Shown here one piece after another: positions 28,762 through 38,543 of a stretch of 64,000 nucleotides of DNA. The position numbers were made by a program, and so were the translations under genes. Below the pieces are notes generated by a model that worked only from the letters and a program-made list of their open reading frames with translations, had not been told where the DNA came from and made no database searches. Every line of letters begins with the position of its first letter. Positions within the stretch are counted from its first letter, which is position 1. Source of the DNA: an uncultured Chloroflexia bacterium (GTDB taxonomy: Bacteria; Chloroflexota; Limnocylindria; Limnocylindrales; CSP1-4); assembly GCA_963748625.1 (NCBI GenBank), contig CAVVJT010000004.1:32001-96000 (forward strand). The letters run 5' to 3'.

Positions 28762-30321
28762 TCAGCGCTTCGGACGACTCTTCGACCGGCCGCGCGGCCG
28801 AACCTCGCGCGCCTGCTCGCGGAAGACCAGGCGGATGGGCGTGCCGTCGAAGCCATATGCCTCGCGCAGCCGGTTCTCCAGGAAGCGCTTGTACGAGAAG
28901 TGGATCGAGGCGGGCTCGGTGGCGAAGAACACGAAGGTGGGTGGCGCCACGCCGGCCTGCGTGGCATAGCGGATCTTCGCGCGCTTGCCGTGCACCATCG
29001 CGGGCGGCGTGCGCTCCACGGCGTCGCGGACCAGGCGGTTGAGCTCCCCGGTCGAGATGCGCTTGCGGCGCTCGCCCCACACGTCCACGGCCATCTCGAG
29101 GATCTTCTGGACGCGCTGGCCGGTCTTGGCGCTGATCGAGACGATCGGTGCGTAGTCGATGAAGGCGAGCTCACGGCGCAGCGTCGTGACGAACTCGTCG
29201 AAGGACTTGTGCGTCTTGTCCTCCACGATGTCCCACTTGTTGACGGCGATCACAAGGCCGCGGCCTTCCTCGATCACGTACCCGGCGACGTGCGCGTCCT
29301 GCGCGGTCAGCCCGTCGGCGGCGTCGAGGACGAGGACCGCGACATCGGCACGGGTGATCGCCTTGAGCGCGCGCATCGTCGAGTACTTCTCGGCGGCCGG
29401 TCCGTTGGCGACCTTGCCGCGCCGCTTGATGCCCGCGGTGTCAATCAGGACGATCTCGGAGCGTCCCCACTCGATAGTGGTGTCGATCGCATCCCGCGTG
29501 GTGCCCGGCGTGGCCGACACGATGGTCCGCTCCTCGCCCAGCAGCGCGTTGAGCAGCGACGACTTGCCGACGTTGGGCCGGCCCACGAAGGCGATCGCCG
29601 GCGGCTCCTCGTCCTCGGCCGCCATCTGGGCATCCCAGCGGGCCTGGAGCTCGCCCGTGGCGATCGCGTCGACGTCGAGCTCGTCCTCTTCCTCGTCGTC
29701 GCCCTCACCGGCCACGTACGGCTCGAGACGTCCCGCGGCCATCTCCTTGGCCCATGCCTCGGCCTCAGTCTCGCGCGCCTTGCGGGCGGTCTCGGCCTCG
29801 CTCTCGGGCGGCATGGCCCAGACGATGGCGTCCAGCAGGTCGGCGACGCCGCGCCCGTGGTTGGCGGAGATGGCGAACGTGTCCTCCCAGCCCAGCTGGT
29901 AGAACTCGGCGGCATCAAGCTCGCGCTTCTGGTTGTCGGCCTTGTTGGCAGCCACCAGCACAGGCTTGGTGGACCGGCGCAGCAGCTCTGCGGCCTCCTC
30001 GTCGGCGGGGGTGAGCCCTGCGACGGCATCGACCAGGAACACGATCACGTCGGCTTCACCGATCGCAAGGCGGGCCTGGAGCTGCACCTGCGCCTCGATC
30101 GGGTCGTCCGGGGCGATCTCGATGCCACCCGTGTCCACGACCACGAACCGGCGACCGTTCCACTCGGCGTCGCCGTACATGCGGTCGCGGGTGGTGCGGG
30201 CGCGATCCTCAACGATCGCCGCGCGCGCATCCCCGACCACCCGGTTGAACAGCGTGCTCTTGCCGACATTCGGGCGCCCCACGAGGGCGACGATGGGCAG
30301 GCCGGCCGATCGACGGGCCAC
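28762..30321 (-). CDS. der: Ribosome biogenesis GTPase Der (EngA)
   Basis: Two GRPNVGKS P-loops, TTRD, DTGG/DTAG, NKAD/NKWD, KH-like tail; long acidic linker. Confidence 0.96.
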   Translation of the reverse strand: MARRSAGLPIVALVGRPNVGKSTLFNRVVGDARAAIVEDRARTTRDRMYGDAEWNGRRFVVVDTGGIEIAPDDPIEAQVQLQARLAIGEADVIVFLVDAVAGLTPADEEAAELLRRSTKPVLVAANKADNQKRELDAAEFYQLGWEDTFAISANHGRGVADLLDAIVWAMPPESEAETARKARETEAEAWAKEMAAGRLEPYVAGEGDDEEEDELDVDAIATGELQARWDAQMAAEDEEPPAIAFVGRPNVGKSSLLNALLGEERTIVSATPGTTRDAIDTTIEWGRSEIVLIDTAGIKRRGKVANGPAAEKYSTMRALKAITRADVAVLVLDAADGLTAQDAHVAGYVIEEGRGLVIAVNKWDIVEDKTHKSFDEFVTTLRRELAFIDYAPIVSISAKTGQRVQKILEMAVDVWGERRKRISTGELNRLVRDAVERTPPAMVHGKRAKIRYATQAGVAPPTFVFFATEPASIHFSYKRFLENRLREAYGFDGTPIRLVFREQAREVRPRGRSKSRPKR

Positions 30322-30323
30322 GG

Positions 30324-31286
30324 TCAGCCGATGCCAGCGGTGGTCAGGACCCGCGGAAGCGAGGTGGTGCGGCCGGCGGGTGTGGCCGCCACGTCGAGGG
30401 CGGCGGCGGCGAGGTCCCCTGCCTGCTCACGCATCTCGGGCGAGCCCGCGAGCCGGAAGATGTGCTCGGCCACGTCTCGCAGGTCCTCCACCGGGGTGGA
30501 TGTGCCACCGGTCACGCCCACCACGCGGGCACGCTCGAATGGGACGGGGTCCACGAGATCCTGGGCATTCTCGATCTGGAGCGCCGGGGTCCCGGCGATC
30601 GCGCAGAGCCGCGTCAGCTCCTTGGTGTTGGCGGAGTGGCGCCCACCGACGACCACCATCAGGTCCACGGCGCGTGCAGTCTCGAGGGTGTCCTCCTGGC
30701 GGCGGATCGTCACCGGACAGACCGTGTTCACGATCTTGAGCTCGTGGGCACGGGAGACCATGAAGGCGGCGAGCTTCTCGAACTTCCAGGGCGGCTGGGT
30801 GGACTGGGTGATCAGGGCCATCCGCTTCCGGCGCGGGATGGACGGCCAGTCCTCCTCATCATCCACGACGATCGCGTCGGGGGCGAACCCGAGCAGGCCG
30901 ACGACCTCGGGGTGCTTGGGCGTGCCCAGCAGGACGATGGTGTAGCCCTCGTCCACGAGCGACTTGAGCTGGCGCTGCTCCTGGATCACCCAGCTGCAGG
31001 TGCCGTCGATGATCTCCAGCTCGCGCTCGCGGGCCGCAGCGAACGTCTCTGGTTTCACGCCGTGCGCCCGGATGACCACCACGGAGCCGTGCTCCACCTC
31101 CTCGAGCGAGGTGACGCTCTCGACGCCCAACTGCTCGAGGTCACGGACAACGCCCTCGTTGTGGACGACCTGCCCGAGGGTATGGGTGTCCTTGCCGTCG
31201 GCCGCCGACACCTTCGCCTTGTCGATGGCCTCACGCACGCCATAGCAGAAGCCAGTGCGGTTGGCGATGCGGACTTCCTGAACCAT
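30324..31286 (-). CDS. ispH: 4-hydroxy-3-methylbut-2-enyl diphosphate reductase
   Basis: GFCYGV, VVHN, RAHG, DGTC, HPEV, NTVC, SANT motifs. Confidence 0.95.
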   Translation of the reverse strand: MVQEVRIANRTGFCYGVREAIDKAKVSAADGKDTHTLGQVVHNEGVVRDLEQLGVESVTSLEEVEHGSVVVIRAHGVKPETFAAARERELEIIDGTCSWVIQEQRQLKSLVDEGYTIVLLGTPKHPEVVGLLGFAPDAIVVDDEEDWPSIPRRKRMALITQSTQPPWKFEKLAAFMVSRAHELKIVNTVCPVTIRRQEDTLETARAVDLMVVVGGRHSANTKELTRLCAIAGTPALQIENAQDLVDPVPFERARVVGVTGGTSTPVEDLRDVAEHIFRLAGSPEMREQAGDLAAAALDVAATPAGRTTSLPRVLTTAGIG

Positions 31287-31349
31287 TCCCATTGCCTTCC
31301 GATGTTCGCACACGTCAGGCGATCACGCCGCAGCGTGTGCCTCCCCCGC

Positions 31350-32891
31350 TCAAGGTTCGGATGAGGCGTCCGTTCGGATGGCATCAGCGTAGAAGCCGCG
31401 GTGGCGCGGGTCCACGAGCTCGGCGATCCGGCCCATGATGGCGGTGGTCGCGACGGACTTGGCCGTCCTGCGATCGGTGCCTGCCGGGACCACATCCTCC
31501 ACTCGGAACGGCGTGCCGATGCGGACGGTGACCCTCCGGCGCGGGATCGGCATGGGCAGCTTGCGGCCCTTCGGCCAGATCGCATCCGTGTTGCTGACGC
31601 CGATGGGCAGGATCTGGGCGCCGGTCCGCATCGCGAGCATGGCCGTGCCGTCCTTGGCCTCCTGCAGCGCACCCGTGGGGCTGCGGGTGCCCTCAGGGAA
31701 GACCAGGAGGACATACCCCTTCTCCAGGATCCGGGTGGCGAGACGGAAGGCCTCCACGTCAGCAGTGCCTCGATCGACCGGATGGACACCGCCGATCGCA
31801 CACATCCAGCCGAAGACCGGCCAGTCGAACAGCTCGCGCTTGCCCAGCCAGTGGATCCGTCGCTTGCCGATGGCCTCGTTGACCCAGGCGCCACCGTAGA
31901 TCGGGTCGAGGTTGGAGATGTGGTTGATGGCCAGCAGGACGGGTCCGCGCCTGGGCACGTTCTCCAGGCCCTCGACACGGGTGTCGGCGAGGAGGCGGCC
32001 GATGGTGCGGGCGAGCAGCGCGACGCCGCGGATCAGGACGGTGCGCTGGTTGTCGAGGCGCATCGCGGTCTCGATGCGCTTGTTGGGCTTCGCGTGCGGG
32101 GCGGCGACGCCCTGGACCCGTGATGGCGCCGGGGGCTCCGGCGGCGCGGGCGGCGGGGCGGCCTGCACAGGCGCGGCGACTTCAGCAGGCGGGTCAGGCA
32201 GGCGCGCGACCTCTGCGGCGTTGATCGCCTGCACGACGAGGTCCACGGACCCGTCGAAGTCGAGGCCGTCGGTCAGGATGTGGACCGCGTCCGGGGCGGC
32301 GACGAGCGGGGCGACCTCACGCCCGCGGTCCTGGGCGTCACGGGCCCGCAGCGCTGCCCGGACGATCTCGGCCTCCTCGCCACCAGGATCCAGCCCGCGC
32401 TCCACGATCCGCCGTCGGGCACGCTCCTCCACGGAAGCGTCGAGGAAGATCTTGAGCGGCGCGTCGGGCAGGACGACCGTACCGATGTCGCGTCCGGCAA
32501 CCACGATCCCGCCGTCGGCGACCAGCCGCCGCTGGCGCTCGAGCAGCGCGGCACGGACCTCGGGGACCTTCGCGACCGCGGAGACGGAGGCATCGACCGT
32601 GGCGGAATGGATGGCGTCGGTGGCGTCGGCGCCATCGAGGAGCACCCTCGTGAGGCGGCCGGTGCCGTCGTCGCCGAGGGCGACGCGCTCCGCAAGCGGA
32701 ACCAGCGAGGCGGCATCGTCGGGAGCCACGCCCTCACGCAGGGCGAGGGCGGTGAGTGCCCGGTAGATCAGGCCCGTGTCCACGAACCGCAGGCCCAGGC
32801 GCGCGGCGGCGGCAGCGCCGACGGAGCTCTTGCCGCTCGACGCGGGTCCGTCCAGGGCGACGATGATGCGGGAGCCGGTGACGGTCGACAT
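31350..32891 (-). CDS. cmk: Cytidylate kinase fused to PlsC-like lysophospholipid acyltransferase
   Basis: DGPASSGKS, DTGLIYR, GRDIGTVV; Pro/Ala linker; NHISNLD, FPEGTRS. Confidence 0.9.
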   Translation of the reverse strand: MSTVTGSRIIVALDGPASSGKSSVGAAAAARLGLRFVDTGLIYRALTALALREGVAPDDAASLVPLAERVALGDDGTGRLTRVLLDGADATDAIHSATVDASVSAVAKVPEVRAALLERQRRLVADGGIVVAGRDIGTVVLPDAPLKIFLDASVEERARRRIVERGLDPGGEEAEIVRAALRARDAQDRGREVAPLVAAPDAVHILTDGLDFDGSVDLVVQAINAAEVARLPDPPAEVAAPVQAAPPPAPPEPPAPSRVQGVAAPHAKPNKRIETAMRLDNQRTVLIRGVALLARTIGRLLADTRVEGLENVPRRGPVLLAINHISNLDPIYGGAWVNEAIGKRRIHWLGKRELFDWPVFGWMCAIGGVHPVDRGTADVEAFRLATRILEKGYVLLVFPEGTRSPTGALQEAKDGTAMLAMRTGAQILPIGVSNTDAIWPKGRKLPMPIPRRRVTVRIGTPFRVEDVVPAGTDRRTAKSVATTAIMGRIAELVDPRHRGFYADAIRTDASSEP

Positions 32892-32921
32892 GCGGCGATT
32901 GTAGTTGCCTGCTGCGGCCGG

Positions 32922-33717
32922 CTAGCGCGAACCTGCGTCAGGGCGTGGAGGGGGACCCGCCAGGCGGCGGACCTCGGCCGGCGCGAGCGAGCGGACATCG
33001 CCCGACGCCATCGTCTCGAGACGAAGCGTGCCGATGCGCACCCGCACGAGTCGCCGCACCGGGGCACCCACCTCGCCGAACATCCGTCGCAGCTGCCGCT
33101 TCCAGCCCTGGTGGATGGTGACCCGGACCCACGTGAGGCGCGGCGTCGGGGGTGGGCTCGATGATGTCCGCGAGCAGGCGGTCCTCCGTCCGGGTCTGCC
33201 CGCGCAGGCCCTGGAGGGTGGCGATCCCCTCGATGAGCTGGACCCCCCGCTCGAGCGCCTCCGCCTGCTCGCGCGTCAGCGGCCAGGCCAGCCCGACGGC
33301 GTACTCCCGTTCCACGCCATACCGTGGATGCAGCACCCGTTCAGCCCACTCGCCGTCGTTGGTGAGCAGGATGAGCCCCTCGGAGTCCTGGTCGAGCCGG
33401 CCGACCGGATACACGCGGGCACCCCGCACGAGGTCACGCGGGACGAGGTCGATCACGGTCCGCTCCGCGTGGCGATCCTTCACCGTGGACGTCACGCCGA
33501 CGGGCTTGTGCAGGGCGAGATACACCTTGACGTCGCCCGATACCGCGATCGGGCGCCCATCCACCGCGAGCTGCTGGCGCTCGGGATCCACCTTCTCGCC
33601 CAGCTGGACGGGACGGCCGTCCACGGTCACGCGGCCGGCGGCGATCAGCGCATCGGCGCCGCGACGGGAGGCGACGCCGGCGGCGGCGAGGACCTTGGAG
33701 ATGCGCTCCTCAGGCAT
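32922..33717 (-). CDS. rluB: rRNA pseudouridine synthase (RluB/RsuA family); +1 frameshift near 33150
   Basis: S4 domain GVASRR, HKPVG, VGRLDQDSEGL; C-terminus HQGWKRQLRRMF..LVRVRIG in shifted frame, stop at 32922. Confidence 0.85.
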
Positions 33718-33722
33718 GGCGG

Positions 33723-34491
33723 TCAGTCGGCTCCTGCGTCGGGATCCACGATTGACGCGAGGGACACGAGGGATGCAAGCCCATCGGCGGCTGACTCCCC
33801 CACTCCCTCGGCGGGACCCTCGTCGCCATCCACGAGCCGCGCAGCCACGTCCAGGTCGAGCGGCGGCAGGTCCTCGAGCGAGATCAGCCCGAAGCGCTCG
33901 AGGAACTCGAAGCCAGTCCCGTAGAGGATCGGACGGCCCGGCGCCTCGCTCCGGCCCAGCTCCACGATGAGGCGCCGGTGGAGGAGGACTCGGACGGTGT
34001 AGTCGGAATCCACGCCGCGGATCCGCTCGATGCCGGCCTTGGTGACCGGCTGGCGATAGGCGACGATCGCGAGGGTCTCGAGCGCCGCGGGCGACAGCCG
34101 GACGGCGTCGGCGCCGACGTACCTGGCGATCAGGATGCCGGCCTCAGGCGCCGTGGTGAGCTCGACGCGCTCGCCGGAGAGCACCAGGCGGATCCCCCGC
34201 CCCGCCAGGGACACCTCCAGATCGCCCAGGCGCTCGTCCACGGTGGCGCGGTCAACGCCGGCGAGCATGCCGATCTCGCGGCGGCTGAGCGGCCGCTCGG
34301 CGACGAACAGCAGCGCTTCGAGCTGGGCCTCGCTCAGCTCGCCCGGGACGGGCTCGTCGGCAGCGTCAGCGGCGTCGGCGCGCGTCCTGGTCGGCGTCGG
34401 GTCTGTCGGCGAGGCTTCGGCGGCGGCGTCGGCGGCGTCGGCAGCGCGGGTCGGCGGCGGCCGCTCCGGGCTCCTGGTCGAACTCGCTCAT
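33723..34491 (-). CDS. scpB: SMC-Scp complex subunit ScpB; frameshift(s) in acidic N-terminus
   Basis: LEALLFVA, LETLAIVAYRQPVT, IRGVDS, PGRPILYGT, FLERFGL; ATG 34491 overlaps scpA stop. Confidence 0.88.
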
Positions 34492-35363
34492 GCGAACGAC
34501 CCCAGCGACTCGTCCAGCGGACCCTCCTCGTCAATCCGGCCGGTCACGCCGGCAGCGGCGCGCTCCTCGGCGGTGGTGCGCCTGGCCATGATCGGTCCCC
34601 AGGGCTCGGCCTGCTCGACCACGATCTCACGGCGCTTCATCAGCTCCAGCATGGCCAGGAAGGTGACCGCCACCACCACCCGGTCCTTCACGCCCATGAG
34701 GAGCTCCTGCAGCACCACGACCGGCGCCCCGTCGAGGGCACGACGGATCAGCATCGCCCGCTGGGTCAGCGTGATGGTGCGCCGGATGGTCTCGGGCGGT
34801 GGAGGCGGCGGCGGGGCGAGGCGGGCGATTCCGTCGAGGGCTGCCACGAGGATCGACGGATCGAGCGGTTGTGCGGCCGGAGGGCGGGCGCCTGCGACAC
34901 CTGCGGCCCGCGCGATCGGGGGCTCGCGGTGGTACAGGCCCCGGGTGGCCTGGGCGTCCCTGAGCAGCCGCATGCCGGCGTCGCGGAAGGCCCGGTACAG
35001 GATCAGGCGGGCACGCAGCTCGGCCTCCGGATCGGGGCCGTCGTCCGCGAGCGGGATGGCGCCTTCGACCTTGTGGCGCGGCAGCATGGCACGCGACTTG
35101 ATGAGGATCAGCTGGCTCGCGATGGCGATGAACGCGGACACGTTGCCCATGCGGTCATCATCGAGCGAGGCAAGCGCGTCAAGGTAGGCATCGGCCAGGG
35201 CGCCGAGCGGCACGGTGAGCACGTCGAGCTGGCGCGCTTCGATCACGGCCAGCAGCAGCTGGAGCGGGCCGTCGAACGCGGGCAGGGTGACCCGCGTGGC
35301 GGTCTCCGGGCGGCGGCCATCCCCGAAGGCGACAGCGGGCGACGTGACGGGCGGCAACGTCAT
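34488..35363 (-). CDS. scpA: Segregation/condensation protein ScpA
   Basis: FDGPLQLLL, LILIKSRAMLP, VTFLAMLELMK motifs. Confidence 0.92.
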   Translation of the reverse strand: MTLPPVTSPAVAFGDGRRPETATRVTLPAFDGPLQLLLAVIEARQLDVLTVPLGALADAYLDALASLDDDRMGNVSAFIAIASQLILIKSRAMLPRHKVEGAIPLADDGPDPEAELRARLILYRAFRDAGMRLLRDAQATRGLYHREPPIARAAGVAGARPPAAQPLDPSILVAALDGIARLAPPPPPPPETIRRTITLTQRAMLIRRALDGAPVVVLQELLMGVKDRVVVAVTFLAMLELMKRREIVVEQAEPWGPIMARRTTAEERAAAGVTGRIDEEGPLDESLGSFA

Positions 35364-35860
35364 CAGCAGGCCTCGTCGGCGGCGTGGAACGCGCCACCCC
35401 AGCGTGGGTCAAGCGGGGCGTCCTGGTTTCGAACAAGCTCGACGGCGAACGGCGCCAGGCCGGCCGCGGCGCACAGCTCCGCCGACGCCTCCGCATGCGT
35501 CCGCAGCCGCTCCAGCGGCGCGCTCCAGCCAGGGATGCGGGCAGCAGCCACAGGCACCCACGCGCCGAACAGCTCGCCCAGCGACCACGCGATCCGCGGG
35601 CCGGCCCCGGTGTTGCCCTTGGCGCAGTCGTGGAGCAGGCCGGCGGCCAGGACGTCCCGGTCCGTCACCCCGGCGCGGCGCAGCCATGCGCTCACGTCGA
35701 GGCCATGACGCTGGTCGGCGACATGCATCGTGTCGAAGAGGGCGATCTCGGCGGGCGTCGTCCAGGCGGCCAGCACCCGACGCTCCTCGGCTCCCACGCG
35801 GGCGGCGACGTGCGTCCGGAGCTGGCGCGCCTTACGCGCCCACCAGGAAGCCGGCGACAC
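35363..35860 (-). CDS. HD-domain-like hypothetical protein
   Basis: DQRH, AGLLHDCAK, THAE, AADE motifs; start uncertain. Confidence 0.65.
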   Translation of the reverse strand: MSPASWWARKARQLRTHVAARVGAEERRVLAAWTTPAEIALFDTMHVADQRHGLDVSAWLRRAGVTDRDVLAAGLLHDCAKGNTGAGPRIAWSLGELFGAWVPVAAARIPGWSAPLERLRTHAEASAELCAAAGLAPFAVELVRNQDAPLDPRWGGAFHAADEAC

Positions 35861-36454
35861 CGTAGACGACACGGGTGAGCACGCTGCCGCCGATCAGCAC
35901 CAGCCCGAACACGATGAACATCCCGTACTGCGCGAGGAACGGGCGGATCTGCCATGCGATCCTGGGCGGGAGGAAGCGGAACAGGAGCGTGGATCCGTCG
36001 AGGGGCGGCACGGGGATCAGGTTGAAGATCATCAGCGCGACGTTGAAGACGAGGAAGTTGACCAGGACGGACTCCGCCAGGGGGGAACCTGGAGGCCCAG
36101 CGCGAGGACGATCCGGATGACGATGGCTCCGAGGATCGCCATCACCAGGTTGGCACCCGGGCCGGCGAGCGCCACGAGCACCTCGTCGTTGCGGCGATTG
36201 CGCAGGTTCATCGTGTTCACGGGCGTGGGCTTGGCCCAGCCGAACAGGAAGCCGCCCAGGAACATCGTGATGACGATCATCAGGCCGCCGACAGGATCGA
36301 AGTGGACGACCGGGTTGAGCGTCATGCGGCCCATCAGCTTGGCCGTCGCATCGCCGCGCTGGTAGGCGACGAAGGCGTGCGCGAACTCGTGCACCGGGAA
36401 CGCGATCCCGAGGAAGATCGCGATCATGAGCAGGTTGAGGAGGATGTCGTCCAC
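35832..36454 (-). CDS. Site-2 protease (M50, YwhC-like); -1 frameshift at G6 run near 36083
   Basis: HEFAH, GRMTLNP, FGWAKP, VALAGP, then FNLIPVPPLDG in the next frame. Confidence 0.85.
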
Positions 36455-36522
36455 GCGGGCCTCGTGCGGTGGGTCGTCAGGGTGCCGCGTATGGTACCCG
36501 CCTTGCTGGCGGGCCACGGTCT

Positions 36523-36668
36523 CCCGCCTGGCGGGCCCTATGCGCTGAGGTCCGCACAGTCCTGCCGCTGGGCGGGACACATGCAGGGACCAGCGGGCGA
36601 ATCAGGCCCGGTCAACCGCCTGATGGGACATCTGCGCAGGATCCTGCAGGCAAGGCCCGCTGGGCGGG
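36523..36668. repeat. 146-bp palindromic REPIN/MITE-like element, copy B
   Basis: CCCGCCTGGCGGGC ... GCCCGCTGGGCGGG; same length as and colinear with copy A. Confidence 0.75.
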
Positions 36669-36760
36669 CGCCGCCGCCGTCGCCGAGATTGGGCGGGCGC
36701 CGCCGCCGGGATTGGGCAGGCGACGCGGGCGCCGTAATTGGGCGGGCGACGCCGTCGCGC
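36661..36760. repeat. Degenerate tandem duplications of element end
   Basis: (AT)TGGGC(G/A)GGCG four times with variable spacers. Confidence 0.7.
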
Positions 36761-36786
36761 GGCTGCAACGCGGCGACCCAGCGGCC

Positions 36787-37539
36787 CTAGAGGCGGCCGA
36801 GCAGCTCCGCCTTCTTGGCGTCGTATTCCGCGGGGGTGATGAGGCCCTTGTCGCGCATCTCGCCGAGCCGGATGAGTGATGCCTGCACGTCGTCCGCGGA
36901 CATCGCTGCCGGGGCCGCGGGCGCAGCAGGCGCCGGGGCCGCCGGGGCCGGGGCCGCAACCGGGGCAGCCGGCGGAGCCGCAACCGGAGCGGCGGCCTGG
37001 AACGGCGGCATGGTGGGGCGCGTGTACTCCAGCTCCAGCTCGTGCTTGGACTCGAGCATCGCCTTCTTGAAGTCCTTGGCGTCCCGCAGCATCCGCAGCC
37101 GCTCGATGCCGGTCTCGGACGCGGTGAGGACGTCGAGGTCGCCGAAGCCGAACATGCGCCCGAAGATCGACTCGGTCAGGACGGCGTCGTTGATCTTCTC
37201 CAGCGAGGAGTCCGTGGCCCGCTTGTTGATCACCCCCTGGACCTGGATGATCCGCCGGCTCGTGATCACGTACTCGGCGTTGCGGTAGGCGAGGATGCCC
37301 CACAGGAACCAGAGGATGCCGAACACGAACAGGAACAGCACGAGCCAGCCGAGGAGGTCCGAGAGTGTCCCGGCGATGCCGTCCGGGTTGCCGGACACCA
37401 GGCGCAGGGCCCCGCCGACCAGCGCGAGCGCGATGGCGATGACCGAGTAGCGCGCGTTCCAGACCAGCATGAACGGGTGCTGGTGCTGGCGAAGAATGCT
37501 CCGCTCGCCCGCCACGAGCAATGAATCCGCGTAGCTCAT
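36787..37539 (-). CDS. Membrane protein with bacterial PH domain and SHOCT domain
   Basis: 2 TM, YVITSRRII, GRMFGFGDL, GLITPAEYDAKKAELL. Confidence 0.85.
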   Translation of the reverse strand: MSYADSLLVAGERSILRQHQHPFMLVWNARYSVIAIALALVGGALRLVSGNPDGIAGTLSDLLGWLVLFLFVFGILWFLWGILAYRNAEYVITSRRIIQVQGVINKRATDSSLEKINDAVLTESIFGRMFGFGDLDVLTASETGIERLRMLRDAKDFKKAMLESKHELELEYTRPTMPPFQAAAPVAAPPAAPVAAPAPAAPAPAAPAAPAAMSADDVQASLIRLGEMRDKGLITPAEYDAKKAELLGRL

Positions 37540-37555
37540 GGTTCCCCTGCCTCCC

Positions 37556-38530
37556 TCAAGCCCGCGGATGGGCGCGGGCGTAGACCTCTTTGATGCGCTC
37601 CCCGGTGATGTGCGTGTAGAGCTGCGTCGTTGAGATACTCGCATGTCCAAGGAGCTCCTGGACGACACGCAGGTCGGCACCGCCCTCCAGGAGGTGCGTG
37701 GCGAACGAGTGGCGCAGGGTGTGGGGCGACACGCGTTCGCCCAGGTCGGCTGCGTCTGCAGCCTGCTTCACGGCCGTCCACGCGGCCTGGCGGCCCAGGC
37801 GCCGGCCCCGCCGGGTGACGAACAGCGGGGTGCCCGCTCCCTCTCCCTCCCCGGCCACCGCGAGCCACGCCGCACGCGGCCAGACGAGATACCGGGCGAT
37901 CCACGCCAGGGCGACGTCCCCCACTGGCACCACCCGCTCCTTGTCACCCTTCCCGAGGACCCGCACCAGCGACTCGTCGGGGATGATGTCCTCGCGATCC
38001 AGCCCCACCGCCTCCGACACCCGCAGGCCTGACGCATAGAGCAGCTCGAGCAGCGCGCGGTTGCGCAGGGCCGCCCCGTCCGCGTCGGTGAGCCTCCGTC
38101 GCCGTCCACCACCCGGGCCACGGGCCTCGCCTCCCGCCGCCTCGAGCAGACGCACCGTCTCATCCACGGTGAGCGTCTCGGGCAGCAGGCGTGTCTGGCG
38201 TGGCAGGTCGATGTGGACGGCAATGTCCTTCGCGACCAGGCCGTCGCCAAACGCGAACCGGTAGAAGCCCCGGATCGCGGCCGTGCGCCGGCGCAGGCTC
38301 GTGGGCGCGAGCCCAGGATCGAACGAGCGGCCGCGCTTCGCCCGGGCGGCGAGGTAGCGCTGGGCCGCCTCTGGTCCGTCAGTCCAGTCCCGCGCGGCCC
38401 CGCGGCTCATCGCGAAGTCACCCAGGTCGGCGCGATACGCGCGGAGCGTGGCATCCGCCAGCCCCCGCTCCACCCGCAGGTGGCCCATGTAGGCGTCGAT
38501 TGCGTCGTCGAGCGAGGTGGGGCTGGCCAT
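37556..38530 (-). CDS. xerD: Tyrosine recombinase XerD
   Basis: ERGLADAT, LYASGLRVSE, GKGDKER, SPHTLRHSFATH, LLGHASISTTQLY; next to recN. Confidence 0.9.
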   Translation of the reverse strand: MASPTSLDDAIDAYMGHLRVERGLADATLRAYRADLGDFAMSRGAARDWTDGPEAAQRYLAARAKRGRSFDPGLAPTSLRRRTAAIRGFYRFAFGDGLVAKDIAVHIDLPRQTRLLPETLTVDETVRLLEAAGGEARGPGGGRRRRLTDADGAALRNRALLELLYASGLRVSEAVGLDREDIIPDESLVRVLGKGDKERVVPVGDVALAWIARYLVWPRAAWLAVAGEGEGAGTPLFVTRRGRRLGRQAAWTAVKQAADAADLGERVSPHTLRHSFATHLLEGGADLRVVQELLGHASISTTQLYTHITGERIKEVYARAHPRA

Positions 38531-38543
38531 CGACCGTGCAGCC

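Noticed and set aside
32922-34491. rluB and scpB as pseudogenes
   Set aside because: Isolated indels with otherwise intact motifs; sequencing error is more likely
36661-36760. Possible mini-CRISPR (short repeat with variable spacers)
   Set aside because: Repeat is only about 10-12 bp, spacers are short and self-similar, and there are no cas genes
37556-38530. Integrase of a mobile element
   Set aside because: Sequence and recN/scpAB context fit chromosomal XerD
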